A stretch of DNA of 62,199 nt, the filler included, from Rhizaria sp. SCN 62-66 (taxonomy: Eukaryota): NCBI GenBank assembly GCA_001724265.1. It is 2 parts of 2 records of this genome, joined end to end, with 100 filler letters (N's around TTAATTAATTAA, not from the genome) between each part and the next. Parts side by side here need not be neighbours in the genome. Positions count along the whole stretch, not along the records: positions 31,415 to 62,199 come from MEDY01000363.1; 1 more part is not named here. One strand, 5' to 3'. Of this stretch, positions 49,401-59,700 are shown piece by piece. The position numbers and the translations under genes were made by a program. Below the pieces are notes generated by a model, which searched no databases, was not told the origin of the DNA, and saw nothing but the letters and a program-made list of their open reading frames with translations. The number at the start of each line of letters is the position of its first letter. Positions within the stretch are counted from its first letter, which is position 1.

Positions 49401-52400
49401 CGAGTTGAGGGCGGCGGACACGGGGTAATAGGCAAAGTCAAAGCTGTGAGAGACTGCGTTCAGCGCAATTGAGGCGGAGCCAGCTTGGGCAATTGTACCG
49501 GATGAGCTTGCGACATTAAAGCAGGTCGCGGGGCTGAGAGGATAATAGGTCGAATTGGTGATGTCAAACTCAACAACAATAGTTGTCACGATTGTAACGC
49601 GGTAGTTCGTTCCGCTATCAAGCACCTTTGAGCCTGAGCCCGATGTGATGATGAGCGCGGAACATGCAGCTGTCGTGGTCAAGGCATAGGAAAATGTTTG
49701 TGACGCAGGAAAAGAAGAGTACACATACATGTTAAGCGGAACACGCAGCCTCCGAGTTGTCGCCATCGTCGAGCCCTGGACCACGGTGCGGTCAGCGGCA
49801 GTAAAGTGAAACCAGTTCTTTGTGTACGAACTGGGTCGGAAAACAGTGTTGCTCGATGCGACCGCGCCATCAGTGGGATTCTGTGGCGTGCGCAATACAA
49901 TGGATGATGCTAATACAACATACGGGTCGACGGTAGACGCACGTACTGCCTCGTTGTCAAAAAGAACAGTCATTCCTGCAACTGTGCACGGCGTGATCGA
50001 GGTGACTCCTGTCGTGAAGGTCGCCGTTGATGTGAAAGACAAAGTCGTCGAATTCGGGGTGCCGCTTATTATGCAGCTGCCATTGACGGACGCACCAGAG
50101 AAATCGACGGTGGTCGAGTAGAGCGAAAAAATGCTACTGGACGTCATGTCTTCAGCACTGGTGATGTTAAAAAGCCCCGAAACCGTCGTCACAGTTCGGG
50201 TAGGGATAGAGTCTGGACTAATAACAAGAGTCGCCGCAGTATACGTATATTTGACCAGCGGAACGCGGCCAAAATAAACATCATGCAGAGCGACAATGTT
50301 GCTTGTTGATGAATTTGTCGTTGTCAACACAAAGCAACTCTTGGGCAAGGCCTGCGCGGAAGCGTACGCGTTGTTATCAGCCGCGAGAATCTGAAAGGCG
50401 TTGGTCATGCGGAAGCCGGCGTACTTAGGCTGTGATGACGGCAAACAGACCGAGTCGAGCGTAAGAGAGCTGAACGCCGTGTATGTCGGACAGGAGCTTG
50501 GTTTGTTAATCGCAATCGGAGCAGTCGCAACATACGTTCCGCCGCACGCGCTGCCAAAGTTGACTATGTGCGTGAAAATTGTGCCTTTGAGTGGGAAAAC
50601 AAAGAGGTTCAGGGTCGCTGTCAGATCTGTCCCCACCCATGAAAGGCCTGACAGCTCAACGTGGAACGCGAACAACGGTTGCGCTGAGCTAGCAGGACTC
50701 GTGAGATAAAACGCCTGGGAAGCGCCAACAGTCGTGGCCGCCACAGTTCCATTCGTGACGTATGTTGGTGTAATTGTGAACGAAAAGTCTGTGTTCAAAA
50801 AGCTTGCTACCGAGTAGTCCAGCGTGTAGATGGTCTTCAGCATGACCACCATGCCGAGATACGGAGTACAAGTAACCGCCCCCACTGCGAGAGAGCTACA
50901 TGGCGCAGATACATTCGTTGGAACCCCAACAGCCGTGGAAGACTTGGTGTAGCTGTACGTGATTGTCGCTTGAGTGGCGGTGCGAAAGAAAAAGATTCCT
51001 ATCTGATACGTCTGGTCGGTGGGCACACTGATGACGGGTGTGGTCACAGTAATGTCAGCAACTGTGGCCGAGTTGACGGTGGTTTGATAGTGCAAAACGA
51101 CCGCACAGGGCGGTGATAGTGAGAGATCAATCATGTCGTTGACGATATTGGTGTTTTGCATTGGGATTGCGCTGCCATCCTTGTCAATTGCCATCATGGT
51201 TACAGCGGTTGAGTAAGTCTTGAACATGGTGTTATAATTTCCCCAAAGCACACGCACAGGCCCAATGCGGAAGATGCGCGGAGTGTACATATAAGCGGTC
51301 GTATAACTAGTGCTAATTGCGGAGCATTGCCTGAGCTTGATTTCTGAGCTGCTCACATAAGAAGGGACACACACAATCAGGCCCATCGAAGATGTAGATG
51401 CCGTATACCCGGTGGTTGACAGAAACTCGATTGGTAGGCCAGATGTCTGCGTTTGAAGAGTAAATTGCCAATTAACTTCGAGCCCTGTGTGCGCATAAAT
51501 AATAATGTCCAAATATACGTCAAGTGGTGTGTCAGCGGGCATTGCAGCCGCAGAAGTGACTGAAGACCCAGCGATACTGACTTTAGTCGGATAAAGAACA
51601 AAGTCGAAGTACTGGGTATAGGTGTTAGTAATGGTCGCCGACTGCGGAACACCGCGACTGATGGATCCACTAGACAAAGTGAAGGACAGGCAGCTCGTCT
51701 CTACGGGGTAGAAGGACAGCGTTGCAACATCGTGCGTGAGCGGGAATGCCGCATACGTCGTGATCTGCGCGGCCTCCGTTGTTGTGAATATGCCCGACGT
51801 CACAGAGAGAGTGACGCCCGTGCAGACCGAGGAGACCGTGTACGTGTACGTTCCTGCGGCCGGCTTCGTCGCATAGAAGTAGAGCGTGACTTCGCGGGTG
51901 ATGAGGCGCGTGGCCTGAGTCACCACGTCGCGGTTGAGATACCGCGAGCCGGTTGCCGGCGCGAAGTGGAAGTAAAACGTCGGCGTCGCCGAGGCGCGCA
52001 TGAACATGTACCCCGATGCGGCCACGCCGGCGGGGTTGTACGGCGTCTTCACCAGCACGGCCCCTATGAGAAAGATGTACGGGTCCGCCGCCGTGTAGCG
52101 CGCCGTCGTGGGCAAGAGATTGACGACCATGTTGCGCACGGTACACACCATCTTGACCGAGGTCGTGCCGGCCAGTCCAGACGTGAGCGTGACGGCAAGC
52201 AAATTGGCGGAGGCTGTGACAGAGCTCGAGCGCACACAGTCGCCAGCTACAGTCGCAGAGGTGAAATCAATGACGCCGTAGGGCGAGGTAAAGTTCATCA
52301 GCGTGCCCGATGGCATGGGTTCGGAGATATAGCAGGAGAAATTTCCCGCGGCGACAGTGCGAAACGAGAGGCCGTCAGCCGCAGGCAGGATCTCGAGCGA

Positions 52401-54574
52401 GATCGCGGAGTACGAGTACGTTAGTATGTACAGCCTGATGAAGAACTCTTCCGCACGGCTCACGGCGTAGGTCAACAGCGGCGTCGTCGTGCCGGCCGCG
52501 GACACCGAGTTAAAGTGGAATGCGACGTTGTTCGGGCTGATCAAAATCTCCCGCACGCCCGGCGAGACGTTAACGTCTGTGAGCGTGATGACGACGGCGC
52601 CGGTGCCAATGTTCGCGGTGCTCGTGCAGAGGAAGTAGATCAACGCCGCACCGACGTTGAGGAGGCTGCAGCCTGAATTAGCAATAGTGGTGTTTGGAGA
52701 AAACATTATGTCGTCGTTGTAGATGCTGATAGATCCATGAAAGCTGACACCCGCAGTACGGAAGGCAGAGTCAACTCCGGCTCCAGTGAACGTTTGAAAC
52801 TCAAGCGTCCACATATCGCCATACATAAATGACGTCAACTCTTTACCAGTGATTGTGATGACAGTTTGAGCAGCCGTAAACTTGCGCATCACAGACGCAG
52901 CGCTCCAATCGCAGGGCAGTGCAAATTCGTACGGATACGGGTATTGATCCATCGAGCTGCCTTCGTAGCCAAGCCGCGCGGCACCATCGATCGCGATGCC
53001 ATCCCAGTTGATTTTGCTCGGCGTGACCGAGAGCCGCACCACGATACGTTCGTCCGCTGCGAGCGACGTGAAGTTGTTGAACGAGTGGCTCAAAATCGCC
53101 TTGTACGTGGTGTGCGTCGAGTACGTCGAGTTGAGCGCGACGCTGAGGACGTTAGCCGTGATCTCCTTGTACGACAGCGCGGTCAACTCAAGAATTTCAA
53201 AGGGTGTGAAGTCGTCCTTGAAGTAGCCCGCGCTGGTGAGCAACGAGAACACGATCGAAGGCGTGGGCCTGACCAAGCGCGAGTCAAGCGAGCCCGCATA
53301 GCGCTTTGTCTCGTCGGTGTTGAAGTTCTTGATGTGGAGCTCGAGAACAACCTTGTCGGCCGTGCCAGAGGTCGCGTCCACCGACGGCGCGTTGAGGGCC
53401 GTGACGACAATGTTGGCGCGGTAATAGCGCGGCACGCGCGTGGGCGTCGTGACGGGCACCACAGGGTTGGTAGAGTCAAAGAGAAAGTACTGCCGCGCGG
53501 AAACCGTCTGACTGTACATATTTGTGGGGTCGCAGTCTTCTGCGCCGTAGGGGGCGGCCGGCGGGATGGACGTGGCGTAGCGGAGCCAAATCATCCTGCT
53601 GTCGCCAAAGTTGCCTGTACAGCCCGAGTATGAGACGGTGGTGATTGTGAACGTCGACGAGTTTGTCGTGTGCGTCGCAGTTGTGCACCCTGTTAAGAAT
53701 AGCAAGAATAGCAAGAACAAAAAGAGTGCAAAGCAAAACAGTCCAAGCCGTCATGACGTGAGCAAATGTGATGACCAAGAAGCCGCTTACGGGTCACAGC
53801 AAAAAGAACATAGTGCGTGCTTTTTTTGCATCGCGTGGGGATGCGATTCACGGACCTGCTTCGGTGGCATTGTAAACTGCCACGTAAATTGAGTCGTAAA
53901 TTTTTGGATACAGTGTCGTTGTTTGGTTAATTGTGAACGAGAGCGTCGTGCAACCCGTTGTACATGCTACACAAATTATAACATGGAGTAAAAAAATGAC
54001 GGTGCGTGAGCTAACAATCCAGGAAAAATGTGTGATTGGCGGGGTTGGAATATAATTTAAGACTGTGTTTCGCTGACTTACTCGCAACGAAGCCGTAGTC
54101 CACGGCGGTCTCGCGGTGGACTGCGCCCGGGTTGGTGGTCATGCCCATGAAATGCGCCATCGCCACGAGCGATATGCTTGTCACGGCCGCCGACGAAAAC
54201 ATCGGTAGGGGGAGCGGTGCCGCGCCACTGTACGCAGCGGCGGCGCTGAATGTCTGGTCGCCGGACGCATCAGAGCTGCTGGTGAGACGGTGGGCAACCG
54301 CGTCAGCGATGTCACGGTCAGCAAACATGGCAGTGCTGCCGCGACTTGCGCCAAACGCGGCCGCGCTGCTGTGGCCGTCGCCTTCCTGCGCCAGACCGCT
54401 GTGAGTGGACGCTGACAATGGCGGCAGCGCAGTCGTTGTAAGCGAGGACTGCGACTGGGAAGGCGACGTTGAGAGCGCAGAGGCCGCGGGAGTGGCAGTG
54501 GCTGGGAGAGAGGCTGACAGCAGGAGCAAGAGTGTGAAGTAGAGAAAGCCTGACCGCGCGATGGCGGATATCAT
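31415..54574 (-). CDS. Giant secreted/cell-surface protein (>7,600 aa, truncated by the gap). Exons 54574-54082, 53966-53856 and 53689-<31415, with one in-frame TAG (46493-46495) and two +1 frame changes (~48435, ~44186)
   Basis: Signal-peptide-like start MISAIARSGFLYFTLLLLLSASLPATA (alternative upstream ATG at 54646). Phase-1 introns 54081-53967 (GTAAGT...GTAG) and 53855-53690 (GTCCGT...ACAG) keep the frame. Three ~720-aa internal repeats run colinearly across the first frameshift and the TAG. Then a T/S/V-rich beta-type region, 8 sushi/CCP modules (~33890-32105) and a calcium-binding EGF-like module (IDIDEC...CINTFGSYVC, ~32100-31990). Confidence 0.75.
45950..52300 (-). repeat. Three diverged tandem ~2.16-kb (~720-aa) coding repeats within the giant gene
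   Basis: Recurring anchors about 2,160 nt apart: DFTSATVAGDC/DFSGASVNGSC/DFSAAAVGGDC (~52265/50105/47945), IGPVRV/FGPVRT/FGPVRT, and QPKYAGF/QPKYFGL/QPKYVGF (~50425/48265/46110). Confidence 0.85.
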
Positions 54575-56796
54575 AGCAGTTATTTCCAATGTTGTTGGTG
54601 TGGTAGAAGGTGCGGCACCAACAGCGCCCGCTGTGGACTGAGGCATCGTGACTTGAGAGCGCTCTAATGGACGTGGCGAACGCGCAAGAACGCATATAGG
54701 GGTACAACCCGTTCGTATTTAGAAAGATCGAGACTGGTCCAGCTTGGGAAAGGCAGAATTTGCGGTGAGCTTTTTCGAAGGCAAGATCGTTACAAAATGT
54801 TACTTTACAATAATATCCTAAATATGAGCCAACTTTGTGCCTGAAAAATTGACGCAATAATGCGCTGCAATGAATTTGAAACGTTTACTGGGTAGTTTTA
54901 ATGAATGCAGTCTGCCAGAGAAAAGCGGGCGTTCGGCAGGATCGGAACACAAAACCAGCTCACAAACCATGAAGACAGAGATTGAAAAAGGAAATAATCG
55001 CAGAGACGCAACGTAGAACATATTATTATGCAACTAATATGCACATTAACGGTATTAATTTGCTTCAAATATCGATTTTCCGCACCATGATGGCCAGGCG
55101 CCCATGTGCGACTGTGGGTGGCCAGTCAGACAGCCAACAACAAACACAGGAGAGTCAGATTATGTCGCCGCGTGATGAGCGGCTTCAGGTTTGAGATCGC
55201 AATATGTTGTTTCAACAACGCGGATCTGTTGGCGTATGTCCTGCAGACTTGCTTGCGAACGGTGTCTGGGAAGCGTTGCTGCCGTGTTTGCACAACCCCC
55301 AACGACTATGTATCGTACGCGCTGTGGCCATCGTGACACGCGCGGTCCCTTGCGCGCGTATGTTTGAGATTTTGCGTCTGTCTTCTCAGTCCGCACTCGA
55401 GCAACTGCGGCTTTCCCTCGCCCGTGTTGGGCCAACGCGCGCGCTTGATATGCGTTCGGAACTCCGCTTTCTCAAATCTCTCGTCCAAGCGTCTGCTGAC
55501 CGAGCTGACGAGCGTGATCCGCGCCTTCGAGTCCGTAGAAACCGTCGGCAGTCTTGTCTCGGTGAAAGCGGTGCAGGAAAGAGAGCCGCTGGTGGGTTCA
55601 CTGCGGAGTTGTGTCGCTGCGGGGGCTTTGAACCCCGCGGCGGCGGTGTTTCTCGTCAACGACGGCCGCCGCGCGCTGCGCAGGCTCTTCGGGCTCGAAT
55701 CGGACGAGTGCGGCGAGTGCGGGGGCGCTCGCGCGCTGTGGATGCTGCTCGAGGCGACTGCACCGGGCGCGGTGGGCCGGCAGAACGCGGTTGCGGGGGA
55801 GCCGTCGGTGGACGAGGAGAGGGCGATGGGTCGTCGTGGTGCAGCAACGTTGCCCAACGCGTTTAAAGTTGTGGTGATATTGTCAGATATGCAAAGTCGA
55901 CGTGCCTGACTAGGATTGGGGCGTAATTCTCATCAAGAGATTGATTATACTAGTACATCTACATGTATTGACTTAACCATCATCAGTAGAGAGATATAAC
56001 GAGAAAGCGAGCATAATGAACTTATTACATGGCATTGAATTTCAAGAATAACACCGTGATCTTCTGCATACACACGTTATAATTACGTCAAAAATTATAT
56101 GCTGAAATTTCAGTTTTATAGCTTGTTATCACGTAGAGATATCGCGATTTTTCTGTTTTGTCCACAAATGGTTTTTAGAGTCGTGAGAGCCTTCGAGCTC
56201 GCGGAGCCGCGCTTTTACGAAATGCACGTAACTAAACAAATATATCTTGGAATTGCGCCAAAGATTGATGTTTTATTAATTTCTATGAGCTTTAGTTTTA
56301 GACGCATTTACATCACTTCGAAATATTATGTATTTAAGGCAGGCAAATGCTTGGCAAATCAAGGCGCGGGTGCTCAAATCTTCGAGAATGTCAAATTTTG
56401 GACAGCTATTTGCGAACCATGATGACGCTTTGTGAATGTTATTAGCTTTTCATAGGAATCTACTCCAATTTGTCTATTGGATATGCATTAATTGATGCCA
56501 GTTCTGACACATCGGTGGTGAGTCGGCGCATTTCGGTTAATTGAGCAGGCTGGAAGCCACGGTCGGCAGTCTTTGGAGATATCATCAAATCGATTGAAAA
56601 TGACGTTGTGTTTGGAGATTCATCAGTTCTCTGCAGGTGTAGCGAGAGCCTACACTGCCGATTTAATTGATCGCGTTATATTGTATCTCATTGGACATGT
56701 ACAAGTTCCTTTTTGCGCCTTAAAGACCACTGAACTATTCTCGTCACTCACTGCTCGTCCGCACCCCCCTATTCCATGCGTGTAGTCACACACCTT

Positions 56797-59700
56797 ATGG
56801 GCACATATCAGCAGTTCAAGGCACTGCTGGTAAAGAATGCCCTTCTCAAGCGGCGCAAGCCCATATCAACCTTCATTTTCCTCGTGCTGCCCGCACTGTT
56901 CATGCTCCTGATCGTGTGGCTGCACAGTTTCACAGAGTCGCAGTACTACCCTGCGGCGCACCACCTCGACGACACATGCGACCTCTCCGTCGATGCTGCG
57001 CTCACCACACTCGCGCCGCGCCTCGCACTTACCGACGGCTTCCTTGCATTTGCCCCGGCGCCCGCGTTCGCCTCCGTCGTCGCACGCCTCACCGATCCCG
57101 CCGCGAACGTGTCGCTCGCCGAGAAGTATGTCCGCACTTTCCCCACCATCGCCGACCTCGACGACTACATCACCTCGAAGCGCTACGGCACCGCCGGCTA
57201 CCGCAACGTCTACGCCGCCGCCATTGCGCCCTCCGGCTTGCTGACGGGCCCTGATTATGCGTACACGCTGCGCTTCAACGTCTCCGCGGGCGCGTACTCT
57301 GGCACGCCGGACACGAAGAGGGTCGCGCGTTTCAACGACGTGACGCCTGGATACTCCGCGTCGTCGTTCAACATCTACTGCGACCGCGGGTACATGGCGC
57401 TACAGCTCGCCATCGACACCGCAATCCTTCACGACGCCGGCGCCTACGTGCACACAACGAACAGCAACGAGCCGCAGCTGCAGGTGGTGCCGATGCCGAC
57501 GCGCTAGTACACGCAGGACAAGTTCAGCGACCTCATCGGCAGCTACATGGGCTTCTTCTTCACCGTGCTCGGCGTGCTCCCGCTCACAATCGTCGTCGGC
57601 GAGCTTGTCTCCGAGAAAGAGCTGCGCATCCGCGAAGGCGCGCGCATGATGGGGCTCAAGGCGTGGGTCATCTCGGCCACCTGGCTCACCACGTACGCAG
57701 TCATGTTCGTCATCACCGCCTTGCTGATGGCCCTCGCGACGGGCTGGTCCGTGTACAAGCACTCGATCCCGGTGATCATTTTCGCGATGTTCTACCTCTT
57801 TTACATCTCCCTGTACGCCTTTGCGTTCTTCATGTCGTCGTTCTTCTCGCGCGCGCAGACTGCGGCCGCGTTCTCGGCCATCATCTTTATCGCCTCACTC
57901 TTCCTCGGTGACCTCGCCACCAACGCTGACAGCCGCGGCGCGAAGCTTCTCGGCGCCCTGGCGCCCCCTGTCGCGCTCTCAATGGGCTCGCAGACTGCGT
58001 CGCGCCTCGAGTCCGCCGGTGTGGGCGTAACGCGGGGCACGTTCACCTCGCAGATCGACTTGTTCTCCGTCGCCGACAGCCTTCTCATGATGTTCATCGC
58101 CTCAGTCATTCTCATGCTGCTGGGCGTGTACTTGCAGGAGGTGCTGCCCAACGAGTATGGCACCCCGCGCAAGTGGTATTTCTTCCTCAAGCCCTCGTTC
58201 TGGTGCGGCAGCGGCAGCGGCAACGACAGAGTCGCAGTCGCCCCCGCCGCGGACCCCGTCGTGCGCCCGCACTCTCTCAACGACGCCGTCGGCCACGTCA
58301 GCCTCAGCGGCAGCCGCGGTGGCGGTGCGGACGCGGCCGACGACGGCACTGGCAGCGTTTTGACGATCTTTGACAACGAACCCTACTCCAAGATCGAGCC
58401 GCCGGACATGGTGCTGGCGGGCCGCGAGCTGGTGCGTCTGCGCGGGCTGCGCAAGACGTTCCCGCAAGTCAACGCGGCGGGCGAGACGGTCCAGTTCGCG
58501 GCGGTCAACGCGCTCAGTCTCGACATGTACGAGGGCCAGATCTTCACACTACTGGGCCACAACGGCGCCGGCAAGTCGACGACGTTCAACATGTTGACCG
58601 GGCTTTTTCCTATGACTAGCGGCAAGGTGACCGTGCTAGGCCGCGACCTGGCCGCTGAGATGGATCAGATCCGCAAGCACATGGGCGTTTGCCCGCAACA
58701 CGACATCTTGTACTCGCACCTCAGCGTGCGTGAGCACCTGGAGCTGTACGCCGCCATCAAGGGCGTGTCGCAGCTTGACATTCCGGCCGTTGCGCAGAGC
58801 ATGCTCGACGACGTTGGGCTCGGTATTGCGGGCGACAACAAGGCCGACGCGCTTGCTGGCACGCTCTCCGGTGGCCAGAAGCGCAAGCTCTCGGTCGGTA
58901 TCGCGCTCATCGGCGACTCAAAGATCGTGTACCTGGACGAGCCGTCTTCAGGCATGGATATCGCGTCACAGCGCGTGATTTGGGACCTGCTACTGCGCTC
59001 GAAGGCCGGTCGCGTGATTGTCCTGACAACCCATTCGATGGAGGAAGCCGAGCTCGGCGACCGCATTGCAATCATGGCTAGTGGTAAGCTCATGTGCAAC
59101 GGCTCGTCGCTCTTCCTCAAGCACCAATACGGCGCCGGCTACACGCTCACGATCTCCAAGGCCAAGGTGGGCGCGCTCGTCGCTGCTTCTGACGCGGGCC
59201 CTCAGTCTCCTGATGCCTCCGCCGCTGTCGTTAACGCGCTCGTCTCTGCGACCCCCGTGGCGTCGCCGCTGTCCCCGTCGAGCGCGGCTGAGGTCGACGC
59301 CGCGGTCAACAGCGCGCTCGCCGCCGCGGCCGCCGCGGGCATCACGCCCGTGCGCGCGCTCGTCACGGCTCTCGTTCCCGCTGCAGAAGTGCTCTCAGAC
59401 GCGGGCGGCGAAATCTCGTTCAGGCTCCCGTTCACCGCGGCGAGCACGTTCCCGCTGCTTTTTGACGCGCTGGAGCAGCGCAAGGTCGAGCTGGGCGTCG
59501 CCGCGGCGGGCATGTCGGTTACCACGCTGACGGAGGTGTTCCTGCGCGTCGGGCACGGCGTCGCTGCTGACAACGACACCGCCAGCAGTGGCAGTGGCAG
59601 TGGCAGTGGCAGTGGCAGCAACGCTCACGCTGGTGCTATCGAGGACAGTGTTGTGAAGACAACTGGCAGCAACTCGATCGAGTTTAAGGGCGACAGCAGT

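Noticed and set aside
54011-54013. TAG ending ORF 54011..54646 as another recoded codon
   Set aside because: It lies inside the predicted intron 54081-53967.
59030-59075. NBD1 segment THSMEEAELGDRIAI seems one residue shorter than the usual ABCA spacing
   Set aside because: It is an in-frame single-codon difference with the catalytic His retained, and cannot be judged without an alignment.
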